Shown here piece by piece: positions 1-8,989 of a stretch of 61,791 nucleotides of DNA. Within the stretch, counting starts at the first letter, position 1. The number at the start of each line of letters is the position of its first letter. The stretch lies in IMG/VR virus record IMGVR_UViG_3300011335_000652, positions 1-61,791 of that record; one strand, given 5' to 3'. Source of the stretch: a virus (lineage: Duplodnaviria; Caudoviricetes). The notes beneath the pieces are model-generated. The model had not been told where the DNA came from, made no database searches, and worked only from the letters and a program-made list of their open reading frames with translations. Made by a program: the position numbers and the translations under genes.

Positions 1-289
1 CAACCTTGAACCGGGTACCCGAGTACGAACGGAAGATGATAAAGTCACCTTCTTTGCACCATGGTCCGGCAGGGAAGCGCGCTGGGTCACTATAGGCCTC
101 GGGGCCAATAGTAATGACATAGCCAATGATAGAGGCTGTTTCTTCCATCTTTTTCAGTTGGTCGGGCATATAGACCCCACCCTCTGTCTTTCCGGTCATC
201 TCAGGAACAGCAATGAGGATTCGATATCCTCGCGGCTCCGGGAGTTTTGCGACAAGTGTCGCGTCCATTTCAGTATCAGTAACGTACAT
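1..289 (-). CDS. groES: GroES-like co-chaperonin, partial (allele 1; truncated by the window edge)
   Basis: Same reading frame as 60126-60494 (MYVTDTEMDATLVAKLPEP...), with SD AGGAG upstream. Confidence 0.8.
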   Translation of the reverse strand, partial: MYVTDTEMDATLVAKLPEPRGYRILIAVPEMTGKTEGGVYMPDQLKKMEETASIIGYVITIGPEAYSDPARFPAGPWCKEGDFIIFRSYSGTRFKV

Positions 290-352
290 CGTAGCTCCTG
301 CAGTGATATGAGGCTCACCGTGCCTATGCGTGGTCGATTCCACGAATGCGTA

Positions 353-541
353 TTACTCTAGGGTATATCTCTGCTCAAGATCTTTCAGTTCACCTTCGAG
401 GCGGGTAAGGGCAGTGTATTCTCCTACACTGCGCCAATACTCTTCTGGCGTTTTTGCGCCGCCTTCAGCGAGGTTTACCTGCAGGCTAATCTTGCGGGCC
501 TCTAACTCGCGAAGGACTGGGTAAAAGATGCCTTCGCTCAT
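353..541 (-). CDS. Small conserved phage protein downstream of portal (allele 1)
   Basis: 62 aa; overlaps the portal stop (ATGA); 59/62 identical to 60566-60754. Confidence 0.8.
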   Translation of the reverse strand: MSEGIFYPVLRELEARKISLQVNLAEGGAKTPEEYWRSVGEYTALTRLEGELKDLEQRYTLE

Positions 542-2970
542 TCAGTCAGCCCCTTTGCCATTTCCATGATGACATTTGCGGTCTCCACCTTGGTTTTTTG
601 GTCAAGCTCAGCGGCCTTGACGCTCATGTTTGCGGCGGCGCGCTCGCGCTCGGCCTCAACCCGATCTGCTTGGATCATCGCGTTGGCTTCCTTGGTGACC
701 TTGTCCAACTCAAACTTCAGCATATCCAGCTCGATCTTGTGCGCCAACTCTTTTTCCTTGATCGCGAGCTCGCGCTGCTGGATCTGAGTGAGCGGATCAG
801 CCTGCTGATCAGCGGCTTGCTGTGCAGCGGCTTCTGCCTGATCTTTCTGGAACAGTTTTGTTGCTGCCTGTGCAACGAGGCGAGATACCTGCAATTCGAT
901 ATCCTCGGGCATAGGCGCCTCTGGGTCGGGCAGCTCGACACCAAGTTGTTTTTGTATCTCGACGCGATACTGAAGTGCGACATGTTCGGTAATGTGAGAC
1001 ATCATCGCGGACTGAATAGCCGCAGCAAATGGGGACTGCCCAACAATCTGTTGGAGCTTCGGATCGTTCATCGCCATCATATGTGTCTGGATATGCGCTT
1101 CGTGGTCTTGGTACGCAAAAGCCTTTACCGGCTCTTGCTTCAAGATCGCCATATTTTCTGTCACTGGATCACGTGGCTTAATGTCGTCCGGCAGTTTGAT
1201 GATGTCGGAAGCGTCTTGGATGCCCATCACGTTCAGCATCTGCTGGTGTAGCTTGCCCATATCATACAGTTGAGGTGCCTGTTGGGCCAACTGCAGAGCG
1301 GCTTGATACTGCATAATCCGTTGCGCCATCGTGGCTGCGTTTGGATCAGACACAGGAATCACGTCTACCTTGCTGCCAAAGTCCTCGACGCGGTTTGCGG
1401 GCTCATCAAGTTCATAGGAATACTCTGGCGGCATGTGGTCGCGTACAATCCGCGCCAAAATCCGTAGTTCTTGCTTCATGGCAGCGTGCAGGCGGGCCTG
1501 AATACCCGACATAACTTTCATGGAGCGTTCCATAAGAGCCAATGTAGTTCCCACAGGCGCCTGCGCGTTCATGTCCCCAACCTGCATGTCCCCTACGGAG
1601 CCAATGCGACGGCCCTCTTCAACGACGTTTTGCATCAGCGCCATCAGAACTTGCGACGGCTCTTTATAGGGTAGGGGGACGATAGAGTCTTTGATAGTGC
1701 CACCTGCTACGTCGACATCGCGGAACTCGCCGGGCATAATTGGGGTGTTGTCGCCCTTGATGCGGAGCCCACGGGTCTTGAAGCCGGCTGGAAGGTTTGA
1801 CAGCGTGCCAGCGTCGATCAACTGACGCATGATAGAAGTAGCCGACTTGGTAAGCCCGCCGATCGTGTGGATCAGACCGGTGCCATAGAAGCCCATCCCG
1901 GGTAGGTATGGGTAGTGCACGAAGTGCATACGCTTCTGTTTCTTCGTGTCGTCCTCATACCAATTCCGGCGAATCGACAGGATAGTAGACGACGACTTGT
2001 CGAGCGTAACGACGTAGGGCAGGGCGAGCCCTCTTGGGTCATTTAGAGGTTCTGGTAGGTCCAGATCAACGTGCATCTCTAGGATCGTGTGACGCTCATC
2101 GTCAGAGACGACACGCTCGGTGCCCTCCATCTCGTTGTATTTCTCCTCGATGTCGCTCATGTCTGGCGATGGAGCGGGCAAGTCAGTATCGCGATAGAAG
2201 CCAGCGACTTGCAGAGCAAGAATTTCTTCGTCTGTCTTCTTCATAATATGCGTAAACCGGGGAGTGGTGCGCAAATTTGACGAACCATAGGAAACAACGA
2301 AGTCTTCTGCCGGCACAAAGAGCGAAACAGGGCGCTCCAAGATCGGGTCGAAGTAGATTTTCTTGAACGCAGAGCCTGCCAGTGGCAGTTTGAACAGCAT
2401 CTGCTCCATCTCGTCCCGATAATCGGGCATCTCTTCGGTAATTAGGTAATTTAGCTCATTTTCAACGCGTTGCGCCTGTTTTGTGCGCTCCGTGGTAATC
2501 TTACCCATAATTTTGGTGCGTGCGGGCCCACTTGCGGGCATCAATTCGCTCATAGCCTGCGCTTGGAACCGGATAACCGCCTCAGTCATCATCGGGTGAT
2601 ACACCCCGGAGGCGCCATTCCATGGCTGCGTGCGCTCTTCGACCTTCATACCCAGCAGATCGAGGCCTTTGATATATGCCTCAGCCCACTCTTTGCGGGA
2701 CCGGCGGTCAGTATTAAAATGTTCTATAAGGTCGGACGCTAGAGACTGTAGCTCAGCCTCATCCAAATACTCCGTAAGGTCATCATCATGTTCGCCGGTA
2801 GGGTCTACCTCACCATCTTCAGTGCCGCCGAAATCGACAACAATGCTGCCATCCTCTTGGGTGGTTTCAGTTGGGTCTTGAATATCCTCAATGGTGATAT
2901 CCATGCTATCTGACAGTTCGTCAGGCTGCATCAGGATATTGCTTGGCTCCATTGGTTTAGCGACGGCCAT
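538..2970 (-). CDS. Portal protein
   Basis: ~810 aa, immediately downstream of the terminase region; P22-like portal features and Q-rich coiled-coil C-terminus. Start moved to MAVAKP (ATG 2970) because SD AGGAG precedes it. Confidence 0.88.
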   Translation of the reverse strand: MAVAKPMEPSNILMQPDELSDSMDITIEDIQDPTETTQEDGSIVVDFGGTEDGEVDPTGEHDDDLTEYLDEAELQSLASDLIEHFNTDRRSRKEWAEAYIKGLDLLGMKVEERTQPWNGASGVYHPMMTEAVIRFQAQAMSELMPASGPARTKIMGKITTERTKQAQRVENELNYLITEEMPDYRDEMEQMLFKLPLAGSAFKKIYFDPILERPVSLFVPAEDFVVSYGSSNLRTTPRFTHIMKKTDEEILALQVAGFYRDTDLPAPSPDMSDIEEKYNEMEGTERVVSDDERHTILEMHVDLDLPEPLNDPRGLALPYVVTLDKSSSTILSIRRNWYEDDTKKQKRMHFVHYPYLPGMGFYGTGLIHTIGGLTKSATSIMRQLIDAGTLSNLPAGFKTRGLRIKGDNTPIMPGEFRDVDVAGGTIKDSIVPLPYKEPSQVLMALMQNVVEEGRRIGSVGDMQVGDMNAQAPVGTTLALMERSMKVMSGIQARLHAAMKQELRILARIVRDHMPPEYSYELDEPANRVEDFGSKVDVIPVSDPNAATMAQRIMQYQAALQLAQQAPQLYDMGKLHQQMLNVMGIQDASDIIKLPDDIKPRDPVTENMAILKQEPVKAFAYQDHEAHIQTHMMAMNDPKLQQIVGQSPFAAAIQSAMMSHITEHVALQYRVEIQKQLGVELPDPEAPMPEDIELQVSRLVAQAATKLFQKDQAEAAAQQAADQQADPLTQIQQRELAIKEKELAHKIELDMLKFELDKVTKEANAMIQADRVEAERERAAANMSVKAAELDQKTKVETANVIMEMAKGLTE

Positions 2971-2981
2971 ACTGAAATCTC

Positions 2982-3371
2982 CTATTTCTTGGGTGCAGCA
3001 TACATTTTCGGAAGGTTGTACACAAGTAATTCCATATCCCGAGTCGAAGCGTTGGATTTCATACGGTTTGCCTTTGCCGAAATGATCCAACAGTTGTCCA
3101 TCGTGTACCCTTTTTTGGAGTCCTTGCGGTCTACCGTAGGGGTGTTGTCGGCTACGGTCCGCTGTAGAAAGACAAACTCAATCCCTAGAAGGGGGCATCG
3201 CTCTGGTAGATTTTCTAGTAGCCACTCCTTGGTTATATCAACCTCGCACATTCGGATCTTCGCTCTGCGCCTTGCATTATAGGCAGCTTCCGCCGCCCAT
3301 GTTTCCCGGGGGTTATCCAGCCTCTTCTTACTTCGCTCAGCGCGATACGCATCCGTTCGTATTCTAGCCAT
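2982..3371 (-). CDS. Free-standing HNH (beta-beta-alpha-Me) endonuclease between terL and portal
   Basis: CPLLG...PTVDRKDSKKGYTMDNCWIISAKANRMK motif; SD GGAGG before ATG 3371. Confidence 0.8.
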   Translation of the reverse strand: MARIRTDAYRAERSKKRLDNPRETWAAEAAYNARRRAKIRMCEVDITKEWLLENLPERCPLLGIEFVFLQRTVADNTPTVDRKDSKKGYTMDNCWIISAKANRMKSNASTRDMELLVYNLPKMYAAPKK

Positions 3372-3416
3372 GGTACCCTCCACAGTTGCGCGGAGGATAT
3401 CATATTTTTAAGGTAC

Positions 3417-5927
3417 TTAATAGTAGTCTGCTTTTTTCTGGCCGACCATGTACATAGCGTCCTCATCTTCGAAGTCAGATGGGAGTTTAATAAACCCACC
3501 TTGGCGAAATCTCATCAGGGCCATAACACTCGAATCGACAAGGTCATCATGGCTGGCAAACGGGAATCCCGCAATTTCTTCGATCACTTCTTCCGCCCAG
3601 CGAGTCTCCGGCGCCCATACGAGACCAGAGGAGATAATATCTGCAACAGAGTTGAGACGAGCCATCTTGTCCCCGGTCCCCCGGTGGGGGGTGTACTCCT
3701 GCACGGGGATACCCATGCGGCGCATCTCTTGATAGAGAGCGACACCAGAGCTCTTTTTTTCCACGATGAATGAGTCTGGCTCCCACGCCTTATACTGCTC
3801 GAGCGCCATCTTCTTCAGTTCAGGAAACTCGTACCGGTCCTTGATAGCATCAAGGAGGATGATGTTGTGGTTGTTGACCTCTTCGTTGAAGAAGACACCC
3901 CAGATTGTCAGCGCGGTAAAGTCGTTCCTTGTCTTTGTTTCTGCTGCGGAGTCGAGTGACATGATGATGTACTCACACTCTGGGGGCTCATCGTCTTCCC
4001 ACCGCATCCACCATTCACGTTTGACGATGGCCGCTTCTTCTGCCGTTGGCTGCTGCTGATACTGCGAGTTCCACTGAAACACAGGCATCGACGCCTTGGT
4101 GCGCAGCAGCGCCGTCATATCGAAGAACTCTGGCCACAAGGGCTTCTGCACGAAGCGCGTTACTTCCTCACCGTCTTCGTCGGTCTCAGTCACTTCGACA
4201 TCGAGAATCGCGGGGAACTCAATAATGTTGTACTGGTCGGCGCCCTCGTTCTTGACCATGTCTCGCGTAACCCGTCCGGTCAGGTCGTCGAGGTGCCATC
4301 TAGTATTGTGAGATACCAGCCTGTTGGCAATGAAGTTTTCCGTATCCTCAACTTGAAGGTCAAAAACTTCTTCATCGCCACTAGGTGTGATTGACTCAAT
4401 CCGCTCGAGTGTGAAGTCGGAAATACGCGGCAATGGCGGTAGCGGTACGCTCAGTTTTTGCATATCCAACTGCAAGGTTGCAGTCATTACAGAGGAGCGC
4501 CCGTACTTGCCCACCTTCATGGCAGTGGTCAACGCAAAGTTTGTTTCCCCAATGCGCTCGGGTATTACTACTCGATGGGGGCTGTTTGCAGATAGCACAA
4601 ACTCCGCCTTGCTCCGCCAAGCGGTAGTTATACTCCTCCATAGAGATACCATACCTGTACTTGAGCTTAGCTTCCCTATTCTTTTCAGGGCTACGACGCC
4701 CATAGCCATCCGCCCACCGCACTGCGTTGTAGTGACTAGCGCACTTGTTGCCGGCGTGTGCGGGTTCGTCGCACCCGTGGGTGTCGCATGTTTTTCCCTT
4801 ATACTTCCCGTGATATCCAAGTCCTCGGTAGGGCGCGTTTGGGTGCTTGCGATGCCATGATTCACGGGACCGGCAAGCTCCGCACTTGGACGGTCTGGTC
4901 TTAGCTCGCCCGGTACCGGTGCACCCTTCAGTGATACAAGGGAATCGCCCACCTTCAAGTCTCGTACTCGTGTCCATACAAGCGCTCCTGTTTCGGTCCG
5001 GACGAGGAACGGATGTCGCTCGTTAGCCTTCACCGTATGTGAGGTTGTCGTAATTGTAAATACGGAATCTATACCATTTGACCGGTGATTCAAGACTTTT
5101 TGGTTGGTTAACACCCCATCACGATAAGATGCGACCATATCCCCGGGGCGAATATCACGTAGCGGAGTTTCAGTCCCATCAGGGCGCAACACGGGAGTAT
5201 CCCCCGTCATACACTGTACGATAGCTACGCGCCCCCCGGGCATCAAACGTGTCCGGGCCCCGAAGGTGAACCACTCGTATGCTTTCTGGAACACTTCAAA
5301 GTTTCCGTTGATGACGTCCTGTTCCGAGTGAGGGTCATCGACCAGCAGGAGGTCAGCACCGCGACCAGCGATTGACGAGCCGATACCACAAGCGAAGTAC
5401 TCACCGCCAAAGTTTGTGTTCCACCGGCCAGCAGACTTACTGTCTGTAGCCAAGCTGACATTTGGAAACAGTGCATGATACGCCTCCTCGGAGAGGAGGT
5501 TACGAACCTTTCGACCAAAATCCACCGCGAGGTCCGTGGTATGCGACACCATCATAACCTTCTTGTCCGGATTCCGCCCGAGGAACCATGCGGGGAAATA
5601 GATTGACACAAGCTGGCTCTTACCATGACGGGGCGGGATGTTCACGCAGATCCGGTCTTCGCCATCCTCGGCGTCGGGCCCCCGCTCAATCGCCATCAGC
5701 TGATCAGCCAAGATTCTGTGGTGCCGGCCAACCTTGTAGTCAGGCTGCATGTATTTACAGAACTCAATCAAGTCATCCCGGGCAGCATCCAGCTGCTTTC
5801 GGCGCTCTAACTCCTCGAGCTGCGTTGTGATAGCAACTACCTCCGCCTCAGAGAGGCGGTCTAGATTCTGCAGGAGAAGATTAAGTTCCTCTTCACTGAA
5901 CCCGAGGTCGAGCGAGGTGTTAGCCAT
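3417..5927 (-). CDS. terL: Terminase large subunit, intein-containing
   Basis: PPRHGKS Walker A, LLLVDDPH Walker B, TRWH motif, C-terminal RNase H-like nuclease (SLDSA...HDDLVD). Confidence 0.95.
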   Translation of the reverse strand: MANTSLDLGFSEEELNLLLQNLDRLSEAEVVAITTQLEELERRKQLDAARDDLIEFCKYMQPDYKVGRHHRILADQLMAIERGPDAEDGEDRICVNIPPRHGKSQLVSIYFPAWFLGRNPDKKVMMVSHTTDLAVDFGRKVRNLLSEEAYHALFPNVSLATDSKSAGRWNTNFGGEYFACGIGSSIAGRGADLLLVDDPHSEQDVINGNFEVFQKAYEWFTFGARTRLMPGGRVAIVQCMTGDTPVLRPDGTETPLRDIRPGDMVASYRDGVLTNQKVLNHRSNGIDSVFTITTTSHTVKANERHPFLVRTETGALVWTRVRDLKVGDSLVSLKGAPVPGELRPDRPSAELAGPVNHGIASTQTRPTEDLDITGSIREKHATPTGATNPHTPATSALVTTTQCGGRMAMGVVALKRIGKLSSSTGMVSLWRSITTAWRSKAEFVLSANSPHRVVIPERIGETNFALTTAMKVGKYGRSSVMTATLQLDMQKLSVPLPPLPRISDFTLERIESITPSGDEEVFDLQVEDTENFIANRLVSHNTRWHLDDLTGRVTRDMVKNEGADQYNIIEFPAILDVEVTETDEDGEEVTRFVQKPLWPEFFDMTALLRTKASMPVFQWNSQYQQQPTAEEAAIVKREWWMRWEDDEPPECEYIIMSLDSAAETKTRNDFTALTIWGVFFNEEVNNHNIILLDAIKDRYEFPELKKMALEQYKAWEPDSFIVEKKSSGVALYQEMRRMGIPVQEYTPHRGTGDKMARLNSVADIISSGLVWAPETRWAEEVIEEIAGFPFASHDDLVDSSVMALMRFRQGGFIKLPSDFEDEDAMYMVGQKKADYY
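4305..5213 (-). mobile_element. Intein (303 aa) in terL
   Basis: Q|CMTGDT N-terminus, ANERHPFL block B, VFDLQVEDTENFIANRLVSHN|T C-terminus; removal restores IVQ-TRWH. Confidence 0.93.
4396..4977 (-). CDS. Endonuclease VII-family homing endonuclease overprinted in the +2 frame inside the intein
   Basis: YGISMEEY...QGGVCAIC...LCVDHCH...VRALLCNDCN motif; own SD AGGAG (4985-4989) 7 nt before ATG. Confidence 0.88.
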   Translation of the reverse strand: MDTSTRLEGGRFPCITEGCTGTGRAKTRPSKCGACRSRESWHRKHPNAPYRGLGYHGKYKGKTCDTHGCDEPAHAGNKCASHYNAVRWADGYGRRSPEKNREAKLKYRYGISMEEYNYRLAEQGGVCAICKQPPSSSNTRAHWGNKLCVDHCHEGGQVRALLCNDCNLAVGYAKTERTATAIAAYFRLHTRAD

Positions 5928-6204
5928 TCTTCAGCCCGGCATAGTAGTCGTGCGCTAGGGAGGATACTGCAAACCCAAGGGAGATCCCCCCGCCAGAGAT
6001 ACGGGCTCCTGCCCACCCAGTACCAAGCGCATGGTCTGGTAGGACATATGCGTAAGCGATCGCGCTAACCTCTCCCGTCTTGGCGCGCTCGAGCAGTTCT
6101 TCCAGAACTTGGATGATTTCTTCGTCTGGACCGCCCGGCACTGAGGGACCAGCCGGGCCAACGGGCCCGCCATGTAGAGATATAACTTTACTCATCTTCA
6201 TCAT
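5920..6204 (-). CDS. Hypothetical protein between terS and terL
   Basis: 94 aa ORF overlapping both neighbours in operon fashion. Confidence 0.65.
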   Translation of the reverse strand: MMKMSKVISLHGGPVGPAGPSVPGGPDEEIIQVLEELLERAKTGEVSAIAYAYVLPDHALGTGWAGARISGGGISLGFAVSSLAHDYYAGLKNG

Positions 6205-6787
6205 CCCATGCTGAGTCTAGAATTTCGGCATTAAGCAGCGGAGTCGCGTCGATGACGTCTGCATCTTCAACTGGATTCACCAACTTGCTGAGCTTAGCCC
6301 GCAGGTTTGCACGGAGATCCTCGCTGGTCTTGTTGACGATCGTGATTTCGCTTTTCTCAGCAAAGAGCCCCACGTCGCTGATCTTGCCAAGTAGCTCGAG
6401 GGCCTTGATCCTAATCCTTGGATCGGGATTGTCTGATTCCTCTATGAGCCGGTTGGTCACGAAGTTACGCACCTGTTCGGCGCTTTCGACAATGTTGTAG
6501 CTGAACTTCTTCAGCTGCTGGTCAATCGCTCGTAATGCGGCAGGGGTCATTTGTCCTATCCGTTTGTCAGTCAGCGAACGCGAGGCCTCGTCCGGGTTTT
6601 TAGCAAAAGCAAGTGTGACCTTGCCCGCCGCCTCAATGTCGGCATCAGTGTACGATATCTCAAGGCCATGCTCGGCAAGCAGGTCAAGGGTCTTTGTAGC
6701 AGCTGCAGCCATCTTGTCTACATCTAGTGGGTGCTGCGGTGAACTTGGCAGCGGTGGCCCGAAAGTAGGAGTAAGGTAGATCGTCAA
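6188..6787 (-). CDS. Probable terminase small subunit
   Basis: Position upstream of terL; RIKALELLGK motif typical of TerS-like proteins. Confidence 0.65.
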   Translation of the reverse strand: MTIYLTPTFGPPLPSSPQHPLDVDKMAAAATKTLDLLAEHGLEISYTDADIEAAGKVTLAFAKNPDEASRSLTDKRIGQMTPAALRAIDQQLKKFSYNIVESAEQVRNFVTNRLIEESDNPDPRIRIKALELLGKISDVGLFAEKSEITIVNKTSEDLRANLRAKLSKLVNPVEDADVIDATPLLNAEILDSAWDDEDE

Positions 6788-6960
6788 AAAATATCATCCT
6801 GTTTTAGGGCGTGTGTGCAGTGTACTGCAATATACCCCCCTATGGGAAGTGGGTCTTATAAGGGGGGCCTTTCTCTATGGAGGGGGGTGGGGGTAGAGGA
6901 AGTAAGATTTGAGCATGGGGGGGTCTTGTTTGCCTGCCGGTAGGCGTGTATGCCGGCAAA

Positions 6961-7036
6961 GTATCTGTAGCTCAATGGTTAGAGCTGGGCGCTCATAACG
7001 CTTAGGTTAGGGGTTCGAATCCCTTCAGATACACCA
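6961..7036 (+). tRNA. tRNA with CAU anticodon (elongator Met or Ile2)
   Basis: Acceptor GTATCTG/CAGATAC, D-arm, anticodon loop CT-CAT-AA, GGTTCGAATCC T-arm, encoded CCA; the 1:72 pair is G-C, so not an initiator tRNA. Confidence 0.93.
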
Positions 7037-7355
7037 AATCTAGCAAAATATAGTACCGTATACAAAGTGCGATGTTCTCGCATTGTTCTAGTTTGGCTAT
7101 GTTCTGGTATTGTTCCAAACGTGATTTGTTTGCGCAGATTAGTATGTATAAGCGGCGCAGCCCGATCGGTTTTTCGGGGGGTAGGCCCCTAGGTGGGGGT
7201 AATCAAATCGCGATTTTGGCCCCCGAAATAAGGAAATCGGAGTTAGATTTGATCTAACTACCACGCCACCCGCTTGTATCCAATACCAAACTATGACAAA
7301 ACAGATTCACCGACGGCAAGAAATAAGACCTTCGGCATCACAAGGAAAATAAGCA

Positions 7356-8309
7356 ATGTCTAACGCAATGAACACTACCGCCTTGCAGAATATCAACCCC
7401 CTAACCGTTCAGATCCCAGCCGCATTTGCACTGGCATTTGAAACCGCCGCCGACGACATCGACCGCTTGGCCGGATCGACCAAGACCCTGCGCGATGCAG
7501 CGGAAGAGGCGGGCTTTACCTTGGCGCACTTGAGCGCCCCAAACAAAGAAAGCACCCCCGAACATCGGTTTAGCTATGCAATGGCGCGCCGCATGGCAGC
7601 GCAACGCTTGGCATCCAAACTAGGCGCACCGCTGGAAGCATTTGAACCGGTATTCAACGACGCGACCGAGAGCAGAGCAGCGATAACAATCGGGGGAGAA
7701 ACCAAGAGCAAGAAAGCATGGCAACAGAGCCTGAATTTCGTTTGGAAACCAGTGAAAAAGGCTTGGGTCGACAACATCCGCGCCGAAGCCGACGACCTGC
7801 AAGCAATCGCCCGTGCCGCCAAGACCGAGCTTGACGCCTTGAAAGAGGCGGCGGAAAAAACGGCCATGATTGTGGACGCACAAGAGGCGCAAGAACAGGA
7901 GGTGCAGAAGCAACTTGCCCTTGCGAACGCAGAAGCAGACGCAGCAGCGACCGCTAAAGACAAAGCCAAGGCCAAGGCCAAACTGGCAATGGTCGAGGAG
8001 AAACTCGAGGCGCAGCGCGCCCTAGTCGCGGAAGCAGAGGCAGCAGATCAGGCAGCATTGCTTGCTTGCGCCATTCAAGCAGAAGCACTGGACGAAATCC
8101 AACTGGACGTCCAAGAGAAGCTGGCCCTCTTGCCAGCAGCGCGCGGCCCGAAAGAACGCGCGAACCCCGTTGACGCCTTCGCGGCAAAACTGGACGCCTT
8201 GATCAAAACCGCAACCGAAACAAGCGATGACTTCGGCAGCGCTGCGCTGGACGACGTGGTGCATCACCTGAAACGCGCCCGCTCTTTTCTGAATCAAGTC
8301 GCACACTAA
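7356..8309 (+). CDS. Ala-rich coiled-coil hypothetical protein, first early gene
   Basis: 317 aa ORF with SD AAGGA; long heptad-like Ala/Glu/Lys stretch. Confidence 0.75.
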   Translation: MSNAMNTTALQNINPLTVQIPAAFALAFETAADDIDRLAGSTKTLRDAAEEAGFTLAHLSAPNKESTPEHRFSYAMARRMAAQRLASKLGAPLEAFEPVFNDATESRAAITIGGETKSKKAWQQSLNFVWKPVKKAWVDNIRAEADDLQAIARAAKTELDALKEAAEKTAMIVDAQEAQEQEVQKQLALANAEADAAATAKDKAKAKAKLAMVEEKLEAQRALVAEAEAADQAALLACAIQAEALDEIQLDVQEKLALLPAARGPKERANPVDAFAAKLDALIKTATETSDDFGSAALDDVVHHLKRARSFLNQVAH

Positions 8310-8370
8310 GCAAACTAGGCGCCCCGCAATGGGCGCCTTTCAACCCTCATCCAAATAAGGAAAGCAGACC

Positions 8371-8451
8371 ATGAAAGAAAAAATCCTAGACGTGATCCAA
8401 CTGATCCTTCTGATCACCATCGCCATCATTGTATGGCACATCACCCCTTGA
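8371..8451 (+). CDS. 26-aa single-TM peptide (MKEKILDVIQLILLITIAIIVWHITP)
   Basis: Below the ORF-track cutoff; SD AAGGA; followed directly by a terminator. Confidence 0.55.
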   Translation: MKEKILDVIQLILLITIAIIVWHITP

Positions 8452-8456
8452 CCATC

Positions 8457-8489
8457 ACCCCGCAACCGAAAGGTTGCGGGGTTTTTTTT
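8457..8489 (+). terminator. Rho-independent terminator
   Basis: ACCCCGCAACC-GAAA-GGTTGCGGGGT followed by a T run. Confidence 0.9.
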
Positions 8490-8564
8490 ATGTCCAAAAT
8501 AAGGATCGCCGCCCCGCCCCGCCCCGCCCCGCCAGCAGCGCGGCCCCCGCGCCGTTCGGCTCCT

Positions 8565-8805
8565 CCGTCGCCAGTTACTACAGGCGGTGGCGTGTGCAGC
8601 TAGTATGCAGGCGGATTCGGTTTTGCTGTGACCAGTTACTACAGGCGGTGGTGTGCTTGCTGCGTGGCGCAGAGTTAGCTGGGCTCTAACCAAGATCGGC
8701 TTGGCCGTGACCAGTTACTTCAGGCGGTGGTGTGCGCTGCACAAACTATAGTTAGACCTCGTCTAACAAAACTGCCCATGACCAGTTACTTCAGGCGGTG
8801 GTGGG
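8565..8805 (+). repeat. Four spaced copies of ~28-nt GTGACCAGTTACTWCAGGCGGTGGTGTG
   Basis: CCAGTTAC cores at 8571, 8632, 8711 and 8782 (periods 61, 79, 71) with non-identical spacers. Confidence 0.9.
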
Positions 8806-8989
8806 CTTCGCGTAGTTAGACGCCGTCTAACTACATCCGAACATGACTGTGTGGCCGCAGAGTAAACTCTCGCGGGCCTATGGTGGTTTTCACGCTGCCA
8901 ACCTATAAGCGCCACATCAGGTGAGCTTCGTCGGTCGTCTGGGCGTTTCGGCCCGTTTTTTCTTTTCGATAAGTTCCCTGAACTTATCG

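Larger units (their letters stand above)
1..1578. repeat. Left copy of diverged terminal direct repeat (groES 5' part, small ORF, portal 3' part)
   Basis: Aligns to 60206-61791. The first 127 nt and last 126 nt are identical; the interior has many mostly synonymous substitutions and one 8-nt indel. Confidence 0.95.

Noticed and set aside
2971-3090. 40-aa N-terminal extension of the portal overlapping the HNH gene
   Set aside because: A good SD precedes ATG 2970; the extension is probably incidental open frame.
8565-8805. Canonical CRISPR array
   Set aside because: Only four degenerate repeats, irregular spacer lengths, spacers share a palindrome, no typical repeat end and no cas operon. Kept as an unexplained repeat array.
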